DNA from: Vescimonas coprocola
GTDB taxonomy: Bacteria > Bacillota_I > Bacilli_A > RF39 > UBA660
NCBI GenBank assembly: GCA_963660615.1
Contig: CAVKYE010000002.1
Span: forward strand, 24,073-88,072
Length of the DNA stretch: 64,000 nucleotides
Direction of reading: 5' to 3'
This document shows, piece by piece, positions 42,841-53,168 of this stretch. The number at the start of each line of letters is the position of its first letter. The first letter of the stretch is position 1. Made by a program: the position numbers and the translations under genes. The notes under the pieces are model-generated. The model was not told the DNA's origin, did no database searches, and saw nothing but the letters and a program-made list of their open reading frames with translations.

Positions 42841-43716
42841 ATGACAGAAAAAGAAATAATAAATCAAATAAATGAGGTAGAATTAGATTTAAGAGAAACC
42901 ATCGGATTAAATCCAAATATCACATTTGGAACCGAAATAGAACTTGAAAACATAGAAGACTATGACATTCCAAACCTAAAAGAAGATATAAAATATGCCT
43001 ATCCAAATTGGCAAACAATTCCAGATTCAACATTAAATGAAGGACTTGAAATAAACTCACCAATTTTATCAGATGAAAAAAGCGCTTGGCTAGAACTTGC
43101 TGATATATGTGAAATAGCCAAAGAATATGGAGAAATAGGTGAAAATTCCGGAGGACATATCCACATTGGAGCCCAAGCATTTAAAAACCCACACGACATC
43201 GTAAAATTTCTAGAATTATGGGCCTTACACGAAAAAACAATCTACCGTTTTAGTGCAGGAGAACAACAAACAACAAGACCAAACGCATACACAGACTATG
43301 CAGAACCAATAGGTGAACTCATAAGAGCAAATGAAAACAAATTATGGAATGCAAAAACACTTCTAGAAATCAAACAAACACTCGAAAAACTAAAAAGTCA
43401 TCATGCCATAAACTTATACCATCTAAATCCATTCTCACTAGAATACGCGCCCTATAATACCATAGAAATAAGATGCCCAAACGGTACTCTAAACCCTATA
43501 ATTTGGCAAAACAACATAAATTTTTTCGGAAAAATGATTGAAACCGTATCAAAAGGAAACTACGACGAAGAAAAAACCAGATACAGACTTCATAAAATGA
43601 ATACAACACTATATAAAGTAAACAGTTATAGTGTGCATGATGCCATAAACCTTGCGGACACTGTATTTGAAAGCGACCTAGATAAAGCCTACTTTTTAAA
43701 ACAGACCATAAAATAA
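42841..43716 (+). CDS. putative amidoligase (Amidoligase_2-like, glutamine-synthetase fold)
   Basis: FGTEIELE, NWQTIPDSTLNEGLEINSPIL and NSGGHIHIGA fit the family motif order. Motif recall only. Confidence 0.6.
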   Translation: MTEKEIINQINEVELDLRETIGLNPNITFGTEIELENIEDYDIPNLKEDIKYAYPNWQTIPDSTLNEGLEINSPILSDEKSAWLELADICEIAKEYGEIGENSGGHIHIGAQAFKNPHDIVKFLELWALHEKTIYRFSAGEQQTTRPNAYTDYAEPIGELIRANENKLWNAKTLLEIKQTLEKLKSHHAINLYHLNPFSLEYAPYNTIEIRCPNGTLNPIIWQNNINFFGKMIETVSKGNYDEEKTRYRLHKMNTTLYKVNSYSVHDAINLADTVFESDLDKAYFLKQTIK

Positions 43717-43772
43717 TTTGACAAACAAAGAAACATAATGTATAATAAACCTTAAAACAAAGGAGGGAAAAC

Positions 43773-44132
43773 ATGAATAATACAAAACAAAACCTAATAG
43801 AACTATATAATAAATTAAAAAACGGCGAAGAAGTAAGCGAAGAAGTATTAGAATATTATGGTTTAATCGAACCACAAGAACAAATAGAAGAACAAAGTCT
43901 TGATTTTAACATCCATGGTTTAAACGGTAATATAGACATCTATAGAAAAAAATATCATCATGCCTTCCCAATACAACTTTTCCAAAATAAGTTCAAAAGA
44001 TGCAAAGCCCCTTTCAACACAATATACACAATTGCCCGCAAAACAGACACACCTTTAAATATTCAAACCACACAAAAAAAAGAAATAAACAAACAAATAA
44101 AATTTACCACCAAAATAGATAAAGCCGTTTAG
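43773..44132 (+). CDS. hypothetical protein
   Basis: AAAGGAGGG SD. No motif recognised. Confidence 0.4.
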   Translation: MNNTKQNLIELYNKLKNGEEVSEEVLEYYGLIEPQEQIEEQSLDFNIHGLNGNIDIYRKKYHHAFPIQLFQNKFKRCKAPFNTIYTIARKTDTPLNIQTTQKKEINKQIKFTTKIDKAV

Positions 44133-44155
44133 GACTTTTTTTATTTTCAAAAATG

Positions 44156-44164
44156 TGCTATAAT
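44156..44164 (+). promoter_or_regulatory. extended -10 element (TGcTATAAT)
   Basis: tgctataat lies 42 nt upstream of uppP. Confidence 0.45.
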
Positions 44165-44205
44165 TTAAAAGCATAAAAATATAATTAAAATATGGAGGAT
44201 GATTT

Positions 44206-45006
44206 ATGTTATTGATATATCTTATATTAGGACTAGTACAGGGAATAACCGAACCAATACCCGTATCATCAAGCGGACATTTAGTAATATTCAAAAACCT
44301 ATTTAACGCCCCAGTCTTAAACGATCTTAACTTCGAAATATTTTCAAACTTTGGAAGCTTCATAGCCATCGTTATAATATTTAGAAAAGACATATTAAAA
44401 TTAATAAAAGACTTTATAAACTACAAAAAAACCAAAAACCAAAAATATTACAGCGGTTTTAAATATTGCCTATTAATTGTAATAGGAACAATACCCGCAG
44501 GATTAGTAGGTCTTTTAGCAAATGACTTCATAAACGAAAATCTAAACAAAGTCAAAATAGTTGGAATATCCCTCTTAATAACAGCCGTTTTTCTATTTCT
44601 AATAAGAAAACAAAAAGGACATAAAAAAGATAACGAAATAACCTTTAAAGACGCCATCATAATTGGACTATTCCAAGTAGTAGCCCTAATACCAGGAATA
44701 AGCAGAAGTGGTTCCACTCTAGTAGGAGGAATGTTAAGAGGATTAACAAGAGAAGCCGCCTTCACCTTTTCATTTATGCTATATATACCAATAACCCTAG
44801 CCACCATGACACTAGGAGTAAAAAATGTAATAACAGATGGCATAGACCAAAGCCTATTAATAAGTTACACATTAGGTGCCGTAGTAGCAGGAATAGTAAC
44901 ATATTTCACAACAAAATGGTTCAAAGGCATAATGCTAAAAGGAAAATTAATATATTTTGTATACTACTGTATAATCGTAGGTACCCTCGTAATATTATTC
45001 CTATAA
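44206..45006 (+). CDS. uppP: undecaprenyl-diphosphate phosphatase
   Basis: GLVQGITEPIPVSSSGHL and ALIPGISRSGSTLVGG. Confidence 0.95.
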   Translation: MLLIYLILGLVQGITEPIPVSSSGHLVIFKNLFNAPVLNDLNFEIFSNFGSFIAIVIIFRKDILKLIKDFINYKKTKNQKYYSGFKYCLLIVIGTIPAGLVGLLANDFINENLNKVKIVGISLLITAVFLFLIRKQKGHKKDNEITFKDAIIIGLFQVVALIPGISRSGSTLVGGMLRGLTREAAFTFSFMLYIPITLATMTLGVKNVITDGIDQSLLISYTLGAVVAGIVTYFTTKWFKGIMLKGKLIYFVYYCIIVGTLVILFL

Positions 45007-45080
45007 CAGACAAAAAGTCTGTTTTTTTCACCAAAAAAACAAAAAAATATTGTATAATAATAAAAAAAGGAGTGAAACTT

Positions 45081-45746
45081 ATGAAAATACTAATTGTTGA
45101 CGATGAAAAATTAATAAGAGACGTAATCAAAGAATACGCTGAAAACGAAGGATACAAAATCACCGAAGCCGAAAACGGCGAAGACGCCTTAAATAAAGTA
45201 AAAAACGAAAACATAGACTTAATTGTTTTAGACGTAATGATGCCCAAAATGGACGGTTTAACCTTCTTAAAAACCTTAAGAAAAGAAACAAACATTCCAG
45301 TCATAATCTTATCCGCTAGAAGCGAAGAATATGACAAACTAACAGGATTCAATCTAGAAGCCGACGACTACCTAACCAAACCATTTAGTCCCAAAGAACT
45401 AATCGCCAGAATAAAAGCCATATTAAAAAGAAACGGAAACAAAGGGGATATATATAACTACCAAGACTTAAAAATAGATTATAACGCCCATAGCGTATAC
45501 ATAAATGATAAAGAACTAAAACTAACCCCAAAAGAATATGAACTATTATGCTATTTCGTTCAAAACGAAAACATCGCCTTATCAAGAGAACAACTTCTAA
45601 GCAAACTATGGGGCTATGACTTCTATGGTGATGATAGAACCATAGACACCCATATAAAAATGCTTAGAAATAACCTCGGAAAATATCGTGATTTAATAAT
45701 AACCGTAAGAGGGGTAGGATACAAATATGTCATACCTAAAAAATAA
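45081..45746 (+). CDS. OmpR/PhoB-family response regulator
   Basis: MKILIVDDEK, DLIVLDVMMPKMDG, TKPFS, and output domain TVRGVGYKY. Start moved to the ATG after AAAGGAGTG. Confidence 0.9.
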   Translation: MKILIVDDEKLIRDVIKEYAENEGYKITEAENGEDALNKVKNENIDLIVLDVMMPKMDGLTFLKTLRKETNIPVIILSARSEEYDKLTGFNLEADDYLTKPFSPKELIARIKAILKRNGNKGDIYNYQDLKIDYNAHSVYINDKELKLTPKEYELLCYFVQNENIALSREQLLSKLWGYDFYGDDRTIDTHIKMLRNNLGKYRDLIITVRGVGYKYVIPKK

Positions 45747-47124
45747 AATCAAAACAAACACACTAGCCACCAACATATGGCTAGCTTTAATAATCTTTTC
45801 CATTCTAATATTAGGCTTTTTATGGATATTTCAAGTAATATTTTTCAATAGTTACTATAAAAATCACAAAATCCACGCTCTAAATAAAGCAGCAAGCGAA
45901 CTAAAAACAAATTATCAAAAAAATAATCCTTCCATAGTAGAAAGCATCGCCCAAAAACATAACGTCTGTATCGAAATCTATAACAATAAAACCAGCGCTT
46001 ATGCCGCCACCTACTTTAATCAAGGATGCATGGAATTTGGAAACAAAAACTTCAAAGTCAAAAATGATTTTATAAATAGTAACTTAAACCAAAAACAATA
46101 CAATCTCATCAACACAAAATTCAACAATGACACTCTAATATACGCCATAAAATTAAACAAAAACTCATACGCCTTCATAAACGCCTCATTAATCCCCATG
46201 GATGGTGCTATTGAAATACTTCGAAGTCAAATGATATACATAACCCTAATCATCCTAATATTATCATTTATAATAGGTTATTTCATATCCAAAAGTATAT
46301 CAAAACCAATAACAAAAATAAATAATAACGCAAAAAAATTAGCCGAAGGAAACTATAATGTAACATTTTCATCAGAAAGCAACATCTATGAAATAAATGA
46401 ACTAGCCGCCACCTTAAACTACACGAAAGAAGAATTATCGAAAACTGAAGAGTTAAAAAGAGATCTTCTAGCCAACGTTTCCCACGACTTAAAAACCCCA
46501 CTTACAATGATCAAAGCCTATGCCGAAATGGTAAGAGACTTAAGCTATAAAGATCAAGAAAAAAGAGAAAACCACCTAAACACCATCATCAAAGAAACCG
46601 ATAGATTAAACCTTTTAGTAAATGACATCCTAGACCTATCCGCCATCCAAGCCGGAGGTTCAAAATTAAACAAAGAAAAATTTGACCTAAGTGAAATGAT
46701 CAAAGAAATAATAAACCGTTTCAATATACTATCTCAAAAAGAAGGTTACAAATTTATATTTGATTATAATACATGCATAGTCTACGCCGATAAAAAAAGA
46801 ATCTACCAAGTAATATACAATCTAATAAATAACGCCATAAACTATACCGGCAAAGATAAAACCGTAACCATAATCATAAAAGAAAAAAAAGAAACATACT
46901 TAGTTGAAATCAAAGATAGTGGCGACGGCATCAAAAAAGAAGACATCGACCATATTTGGGATAAATATTACCACAACAGTAAAAAACACAAACGAAACGA
47001 ATATGGAACCGGTCTTGGACTATCAATCGTCAAAAACATTCTTCAAAGTCACAACTGCCCATATGGTGTAAAATCAAGCGAAAAAGGCACAACATTCTAT
47101 TTTGAAATAAATAAAAACATTTAA
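45727..47124 (+). CDS. sensor histidine kinase
   Basis: Two TM helices, a HAMP-like linker, H-box SHDLKTPLT, N-box LINNAINYT and GTGLGLSIVK. Confidence 0.9.
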   Translation: MSYLKNKIKTNTLATNIWLALIIFSILILGFLWIFQVIFFNSYYKNHKIHALNKAASELKTNYQKNNPSIVESIAQKHNVCIEIYNNKTSAYAATYFNQGCMEFGNKNFKVKNDFINSNLNQKQYNLINTKFNNDTLIYAIKLNKNSYAFINASLIPMDGAIEILRSQMIYITLIILILSFIIGYFISKSISKPITKINNNAKKLAEGNYNVTFSSESNIYEINELAATLNYTKEELSKTEELKRDLLANVSHDLKTPLTMIKAYAEMVRDLSYKDQEKRENHLNTIIKETDRLNLLVNDILDLSAIQAGGSKLNKEKFDLSEMIKEIINRFNILSQKEGYKFIFDYNTCIVYADKKRIYQVIYNLINNAINYTGKDKTVTIIIKEKKETYLVEIKDSGDGIKKEDIDHIWDKYYHNSKKHKRNEYGTGLGLSIVKNILQSHNCPYGVKSSEKGTTFYFEINKNI

Positions 47125-47139
47125 ATAAATCCATTAAAA

Positions 47140-47148
47140 TGATATAAT
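47140..47148 (+). promoter_or_regulatory. extended -10 element (TGaTATAAT)
   Basis: tgatataat lies 19 nt upstream of holA. Confidence 0.5.
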
Positions 47149-47166
47149 ATAAGAGGAAGTGATAAT

Positions 47167-48087
47167 ATGTTATATCTATTATATGGAACGGAAAAATATC
47201 AAATAGAAAAAGAAATCAAAAAAATATCAAAAAAATTCGACAAACTAAACATAACAAACTATAACCTAGAAGAAGATACAATATCATCCATCATAGACGA
47301 TTGTAAAACCATATCTTTATTTTCAGAAGAAAAACTAATAATCGTAGATAATGCAAATGTCTTCACCCCAGCATCAAAACAATCAGAAAGCCTAGAAGAA
47401 TACCTCAAAAATCCAAACGAAAGCACAACACTCATTTTCATCGTAAACAAAGAAAAAATAGATTCAAGAAAAAAAATCACCAAACTTATAAAAGAAAAAG
47501 GGGAAATAAAAGAATATAATCAAACCCTAAACATCAATACTTTAATAAAAAAAGAACTAAAAGACTATAACACACCCCCAAATGTTATAAACCTTTTAGA
47601 AGAAAGAGTAGGAAATAACCCCCAAATAATCTTAAACGAAATTGAAAAAATAAAAATATACAAAGACAAAGACAAAAATATTACCGAAGAAGATATAATA
47701 AACTTAACCCATAAAAAAATAGACATAGACATATTCAAACTAATTGATAATATCGTTAAAAATGATAAAAACAAAGCCCTAGAAACCTACTATGAAATGC
47801 TAAAAACAAACGAAGAACCACTAAAAATAATAATTATGCTTGCAAACCAGTTTAGAATAATGTACCAATCAAAAAACCTAATAAAAAAAGGCCTTACCGA
47901 AAAAGATATCGCAAACACCTTAAAAATTCATCCATATAGAGTAAAACTAGCCCTTCAAAATAGCAGAACATATAGCCCAAAATTACTTTTAAAATTCATA
48001 AACGAACTCGCCCAAATGGATATAAATATTAAAACTGGAAAAATAAGCAAAAATCTTGCCCTAGAACTATTCATCCTAAACAAATAA
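47167..48087 (+). CDS. holA: DNA polymerase III delta subunit
   Basis: 306 aa. The N-terminal LYLLYGTEKYQIEKEI, the overall length and the helical C-terminal region fit HolA. No catalytic motif is expected for this family. Confidence 0.8.
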   Translation: MLYLLYGTEKYQIEKEIKKISKKFDKLNITNYNLEEDTISSIIDDCKTISLFSEEKLIIVDNANVFTPASKQSESLEEYLKNPNESTTLIFIVNKEKIDSRKKITKLIKEKGEIKEYNQTLNINTLIKKELKDYNTPPNVINLLEERVGNNPQIILNEIEKIKIYKDKDKNITEEDIINLTHKKIDIDIFKLIDNIVKNDKNKALETYYEMLKTNEEPLKIIIMLANQFRIMYQSKNLIKKGLTEKDIANTLKIHPYRVKLALQNSRTYSPKLLLKFINELAQMDINIKTGKISKNLALELFILNK

Positions 48088-48107
48088 AAGCGTAAAAACG
48101 CTTTTTT

Positions 48108-49319
48108 CTAATCTTCATCATTAATTTTTTCTAATCTCTCATAAATCTTTTTCAAACTAGATTCATACTTACTAGAATCCTTTGGAACAAAATACTTTCT
48201 AGAGTGAAGCTCATCCGGTAAATATTGCTGAACAACATAAGAACCCTTATAATTATGCGGATACTTATAATCCTTAGAATGATTCTTAATATGTTTAGGA
48301 ATCTTTCCCACATTACCCATCCTAACATCATTAAGAGCATTATCAATAGATATTTCCGCCGTATTAGACTTAGGAGACAAAGCCATCTCAATAACAATCT
48401 CACCAAGCACAATCCTAGCCTCCGGCATTCCAAGCCTCTCACAAGCACAAATAGCCGCATTAATCCTAGGGCCAATAGAAGGATTCGCAAGCCCAATATC
48501 CTCATAAGCAATCACACTAAGCCTCCGAAAAATAATATCCAAATCATCCGCTTCAATTAATCTCGCCAAATAATGAAGAGCCGCATTAACATCACTACCC
48601 CTAATAGACTTCTGAAAAGCACTAATAACATCATAATACCCATCTTCATTTTTATCAATATACAAATTAGGCTTATTATTAATCTTCTTAACATCATCAA
48701 TAGAAACCTTAAAATCAGAAGAACTATAATAAGAAACCTCAAGTAAATTGTAAGCGTATCTCAAATCCCCACCAGATAAAGCAGCAATATAATCAATAGC
48801 GTCCATAGAAAAATCCGCATTCTCCAAAGCCAAAGTACCCCTAAGCAACCCTTCTTTAATATCAGCTATAGATAAACTTTTAAGTTCAAAAAGTTGACAC
48901 CTACTTCTAATAGCTGGATTAATAGAATGATAAGGATTAGACGTCGTCATCCCAATAAGCGTAATAACACCACTTTCCAAATAAGGTAAAAGGAGATCTT
49001 GTTTATCTTTATTAAGTCTATGAATTTCATCCATAATCAAAATAAAATTATCACAACCTTTAGCTCGGTAAACCATTTCATCAAAATCCTTCTTACTATT
49101 AATAACCGCATTCAAAAAACCATACTCATACCCAAGTTCATTCACAAGTGCATAAGCAATCGTCGTCTTACCAGTTCCCGCTGGGCCATACAAAACCATC
49201 GAAAAAATCCTTTTATGCTTAACCAAATTACTCAAAACCATACCATGACCAACCAAATGTTTTTGCCCAATAACATCCGATAAAGCTTTAGGTCTAATCA
49301 AATCTGCCAAAGGTGTCAT
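48108..49319 (-). CDS. rarA: replication-associated recombination protein A (RarA/MgsA AAA+ ATPase)
   Basis: LADLIRPKALSDVIGQKHLVG, Walker A GPAGTGKTT, Walker B ILIMDEIHR, and the MgsA C-terminal YKYPHNY. Confidence 0.95.
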   Translation of the reverse strand: MTPLADLIRPKALSDVIGQKHLVGHGMVLSNLVKHKRIFSMVLYGPAGTGKTTIAYALVNELGYEYGFLNAVINSKKDFDEMVYRAKGCDNFILIMDEIHRLNKDKQDLLLPYLESGVITLIGMTTSNPYHSINPAIRSRCQLFELKSLSIADIKEGLLRGTLALENADFSMDAIDYIAALSGGDLRYAYNLLEVSYYSSSDFKVSIDDVKKINNKPNLYIDKNEDGYYDVISAFQKSIRGSDVNAALHYLARLIEADDLDIIFRRLSVIAYEDIGLANPSIGPRINAAICACERLGMPEARIVLGEIVIEMALSPKSNTAEISIDNALNDVRMGNVGKIPKHIKNHSKDYKYPHNYKGSYVVQQYLPDELHSRKYFVPKDSSKYESSLKKIYERLEKINDED

Positions 49320-49425
49320 AAAATCACTTCCTTAAGCAAAATTATACCACAATTCCCATAAAAAATATATAAATATCAGTTGTTAAAACCCAAGTAATTT
49401 GTTAAAATATAAAAAGGTGATAGTA

Positions 49426-50334
49426 ATGGAAAACAAAAGCAAAACACTAATAAAAGAAAACCAAAACAAACTAGACCAATTTGAAAACTATCTATTTTTA
49501 GAAAAAAAATACAGTCAAAACACCATAACCTCATACAAAAAAGACCTAGAAAACTTCTTATCATATACCAAAAAAAACATAAAAAAAATAAAAAAAGAAG
49601 ATATCAAAAACTATATCCAAACAATTAGTAAAAATAAAAGTTCAAAAAGCGTATCACGAAACATAAGCTCCATAAAATCATTTTATAAATTCCTTCAAAT
49701 AGACTCATATATAACCAAAAATGAAGCCATAGACATAGCAAAACCCAAAATTCAAAAATCCCTACCAAAAGTTTTAACCGAGGAAGAAATAAACAAACTC
49801 TTAAACTTCCCATTAAATGATGCATATAGCTATAGAAACAAAGCCATGTTAGAATTAATGTATAGTAGTGGCCTTAGAGTAAGTGAACTTATAAACCTAA
49901 AAGTAAATGATATAGACCATGAAATGAACCTCGTTAGAATATTCGGAAAAGGGTCAAAAGAAAGAGTAATCCCTCTAGGAACATATGCCGAAAAAGCCTT
50001 AAAAACATATATAAATGAATATAGAACCGCATTAATAAAAAACAAGTCAACAAACTATCTTTTTTTAAGCAGTAGGGGAGACAAAATGACTAGGCAAGCC
50101 TTTTTCAAAATCCTAAAAAAAATCGCCAAAGAGCAAAATATAAAAACCAACTTTTCACCCCACACCCTAAGACATTCCTTTGCCACCCATTTATTAAAAC
50201 ACGGAGCCGATCTAAGAAGTATCCAAGAACTACTAGGTCATAGTGATATCTCATCAACTCAAATATACACCCACATCGAAAACGAAAAACTAAAAGAAAA
50301 CTATCAAAAAAACCACCCACATGGAAAGGACTAA
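49426..50334 (+). CDS. tyrosine site-specific recombinase, XerD/XerC type
   Basis: N-terminal SAM-like domain (FENYLFLEKKYSQNTITSYKKDL). Catalytic residues lie in SGLRVSEL, HTLRHSFATHLL and LGHSDISSTQIYTH. Confidence 0.85.
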   Translation: MENKSKTLIKENQNKLDQFENYLFLEKKYSQNTITSYKKDLENFLSYTKKNIKKIKKEDIKNYIQTISKNKSSKSVSRNISSIKSFYKFLQIDSYITKNEAIDIAKPKIQKSLPKVLTEEEINKLLNFPLNDAYSYRNKAMLELMYSSGLRVSELINLKVNDIDHEMNLVRIFGKGSKERVIPLGTYAEKALKTYINEYRTALIKNKSTNYLFLSSRGDKMTRQAFFKILKKIAKEQNIKTNFSPHTLRHSFATHLLKHGADLRSIQELLGHSDISSTQIYTHIENEKLKENYQKNHPHGKD

Positions 50335-50336
50335 AA

Positions 50337-50798
50337 ATGAACAAATATATGAAAATAGCCCTAGAGGCATCAATAAAAAATAAAGAAAATAATTTCAAAA
50401 AAGGGGGCCCATTTGGAGCCGTAATCGTTAAAAACGATAAAATAATTGCCATTGCAAATAATACAGTATTAGCTAGCCAAGATCCAACCGCCCACGCCGA
50501 AATAAATGCCATAAGAAAAGCCTGTCAAACTCTAAAAACGCACGACTTAAATGGATGTACATTATACACAAGCTGCTTTCCATGCCCAATGTGCATAAGC
50601 GCCATCATTTGGGCCAACATCAAAACCGTTTACTACGGGAACACCAAAGAAGACGCAGACAACATAGGATTTAGAGATGATAAAATATACAAACTATTAA
50701 ATAATATAAATAACAATGACGCATTAAAACTAATAAACATAGATAGAAAAGAAACAATAAAAGCCTTCGAAATATTTAATAAAGATAATTTATACTAG
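50337..50798 (+). CDS. nucleoside/guanine deaminase (CDA fold, GuaD-like)
   Basis: HAEINAI and CFPCPMC. GNTKEDADNIGFRDDKIY resembles Bacillus GuaD rather than TadA. Confidence 0.7.
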   Translation: MNKYMKIALEASIKNKENNFKKGGPFGAVIVKNDKIIAIANNTVLASQDPTAHAEINAIRKACQTLKTHDLNGCTLYTSCFPCPMCISAIIWANIKTVYYGNTKEDADNIGFRDDKIYKLLNNINNNDALKLINIDRKETIKAFEIFNKDNLY

Positions 50799-50818
50799 TA
50801 GAAAAAAATAACAATAAA

Positions 50819-50827
50819 TGATATAAT
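50819..50827 (+). promoter_or_regulatory. extended -10 element (TGaTATAAT)
   Basis: tgatataat lies 22 nt upstream of the start at 50849. Confidence 0.5.
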
Positions 50828-50848
50828 AAATAAAAAGGAGAGAGCATC

Positions 50849-51679
50849 ATGTACGAAATAGTCACAGAAACCATAATAGACAGTCTAAAACTATTGCCAT
50901 TTTTATTCTGCGCCTTTTTAATAATCGAATACACCGAACATGCCCTATCCAAAAAAGGAAATAACCTAATTCAAAAAACAGGAAAATATGGTCCAATAAT
51001 CGGAAGCATCCTAGGACTATTTCCCCAATGTGGATTTTCCGTTATCGCCACAAACCTTTACATAACAAGAATAATATCACTAGGAACCCTAATCGCCATA
51101 TATTTAACAACCAGTGACGAAATGCTACCAATAATGATAGCAGAACACACTAGCATAAATATCATATTGCCAATACTAGGAATAAAACTCTTAACAGGAA
51201 TTATCTTTGGTATATTAATAGACTTACTTATAAAGAAGAAACGCGAAAAAACAGACTACCACATATGCACACATCAACACTGTCACTGCGAAAATGGCAT
51301 AATAAAATCCTCACTAATCCATACCCTAAAAACATTCTCCTTTATCTTCATAATAACCTTTATACTAAACATAGCATTCTACTTTTTAGGAGAAAACACC
51401 GTAAAAAATTTCTTTAAAACAAGCAGCATCCTAACCCCATTTTTAACCGCCTTAATTGGTTTAATACCAAACTGTGTATCAAGCGTTCTAATAACCGAAC
51501 TATACATAGATAACATAATCAATCTAGCTTCAGCCACATCAGGATTACTAGTATCAAGCGGCGTCGCTCTAATCATATTATTCAAAGAAAACAAAAATAT
51601 AAAAGAAAACCTAAAAATAACCGGGCTATTATACGCCATAGGCGTTTTAACTGGATTAATAATTGAAATAATAATTTAA
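50849..51679 (+). CDS. polytopic membrane protein, putative metal exporter (ArsP_2-like)
   Basis: GLFPQCGFSVIATNLY...TTSDEMLP and the repeated IPNCVSSVLITELY fit the 10-TM putative metal exporter family. Motif recall only. Confidence 0.5.
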   Translation: MYEIVTETIIDSLKLLPFLFCAFLIIEYTEHALSKKGNNLIQKTGKYGPIIGSILGLFPQCGFSVIATNLYITRIISLGTLIAIYLTTSDEMLPIMIAEHTSINIILPILGIKLLTGIIFGILIDLLIKKKREKTDYHICTHQHCHCENGIIKSSLIHTLKTFSFIFIITFILNIAFYFLGENTVKNFFKTSSILTPFLTALIGLIPNCVSSVLITELYIDNIINLASATSGLLVSSGVALIILFKENKNIKENLKITGLLYAIGVLTGLIIEIII

Positions 51680-51693
51680 AGGAGTAAACAAAC

Positions 51694-52356
51694 ATGCAAA
51701 AAAACAAAATAATTATACTATCATTAATGACAATAATAATAGGCGTAAGCTTATTTATAGAATACCAAAACAGTGACAATATAAAATTCAAAAAAGAATA
51801 TGAAAACCTAAACAACCAAAAAGCAGAAGGAAAAACATATCCCGAAGTAAAAATAAGTGCAAACAATCAAATAGAATACACCACTTACGATAAAGTATTT
51901 GAAATTCTAGACGGCACAGGAATAATATATTTTGGTTTTCCAGAATGCCCATGGTGCAGAAACGCAGTACCAGTTTTACTAAAAGCCGCCGAAGAAACAA
52001 ACGTAAAAAAAATATACTATCTAAACAATAAAGAAGATCGTGATAACAAAGAATTAAAAGATGGAAAAATAAAAATCATCCAAAAAGGCAGTAAAAACTA
52101 CCAAAAACTTCTAAAAAAACTAGGGGATAAAGCCGATACCTATGAAGGATTAAACAATGAAAACATCAAAAGAGTATACTTCCCAACCGTTATAACCGTT
52201 AAAAACGGAAAAATAACAAACTACATATCAGGTACCGTAGATAGTCAAAAAAATCCATACAAACCACTAACCAAAAAACAAGAAAAAGAATTAAAAAATA
52301 AATACATAAAAGCCTTTAATAGTCTAAACTCTTGTGAACAAAAAGACAAATGCTAA
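51694..52356 (+). CDS. membrane-anchored thioredoxin-fold protein
   Basis: N-terminal TM helix and a CxxC motif in FGFPECPWCRNAVPVL. Confidence 0.6.
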   Translation: MQKNKIIILSLMTIIIGVSLFIEYQNSDNIKFKKEYENLNNQKAEGKTYPEVKISANNQIEYTTYDKVFEILDGTGIIYFGFPECPWCRNAVPVLLKAAEETNVKKIYYLNNKEDRDNKELKDGKIKIIQKGSKNYQKLLKKLGDKADTYEGLNNENIKRVYFPTVITVKNGKITNYISGTVDSQKNPYKPLTKKQEKELKNKYIKAFNSLNSCEQKDKC

Positions 52357-52381
52357 AGTATGAATAAATCATACTTTTTTT
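52356..52381 (+). terminator. intrinsic terminator
   Basis: Stem aagtatga / tcatactt with a 5-nt loop, then TTTTT. Confidence 0.65.
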
Positions 52382-52411
52382 AATGCCTCATAACATTAAA
52401 TAGGTGAGAAC

Positions 52412-53161
52412 ATGGGTGAACTACTACCATTCATATTAACCATAATAGCTGGACTATCAACCCTAATAGGCACACTATTCATATTTTTAAAAATAAATAT
52501 AAATAAACTAACAAACTATGCACTCTCATTCGCATCAGGCATCATGATTAGTATATCAATAACCAACTTAATTCCAGAAAGTATAAACTTCTACCTGACC
52601 GAAAATGGCAAAAATATCTCATTCGTTTGTGAAAGCTTATATATAATTATAGGCCTAATATTATCAATATTTTTAGACAAAATAATAGCCAAAGAAAACC
52701 AAACAAAAAAACTATATAAACTAGGAATTTTCTCCATGATAGCCATAATCTTCCATAACATCCCAGAAGGAATAATTACATTTCTAGCAACAAGTAATAA
52801 CATAACCCTAGGAATAGTCATAACAGTAGCCATAGCCCTTCATAACATCCCAGAAGGTATAAGTATATCAATCCCAATCTATAGTGCCACAAAAAGCCGT
52901 AAAAAAGCATTTTTATACACCTTAATATCAGCCATAGCAGAACCCCTAGGCGCTATACTCGCATATCTCATCCTAAAACCAATAATCACCAGTACCATAA
53001 TGGCCTCACTATTAGCCATAACAGCTGGAATAATGATATATATAAGCATATTTAAATTATTACCAAACGCCTTAAAATACAAAGAAAAAAAGAAGACAAC
53101 AATCTTCTTTATCCTAGGAATAACATTCATGCTCCTAAGCAATCTATTAATAACCGAGTAG
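52412..53161 (+). CDS. zupT: ZIP-family zinc transporter ZupT
   Basis: Eight hydrophobic segments and two HNIPEGI motifs. Confidence 0.9.
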   Translation: MGELLPFILTIIAGLSTLIGTLFIFLKININKLTNYALSFASGIMISISITNLIPESINFYLTENGKNISFVCESLYIIIGLILSIFLDKIIAKENQTKKLYKLGIFSMIAIIFHNIPEGIITFLATSNNITLGIVITVAIALHNIPEGISISIPIYSATKSRKKAFLYTLISAIAEPLGAILAYLILKPIITSTIMASLLAITAGIMIYISIFKLLPNALKYKEKKKTTIFFILGITFMLLSNLLITE

Positions 53162-53168
53162 GGGAGAA

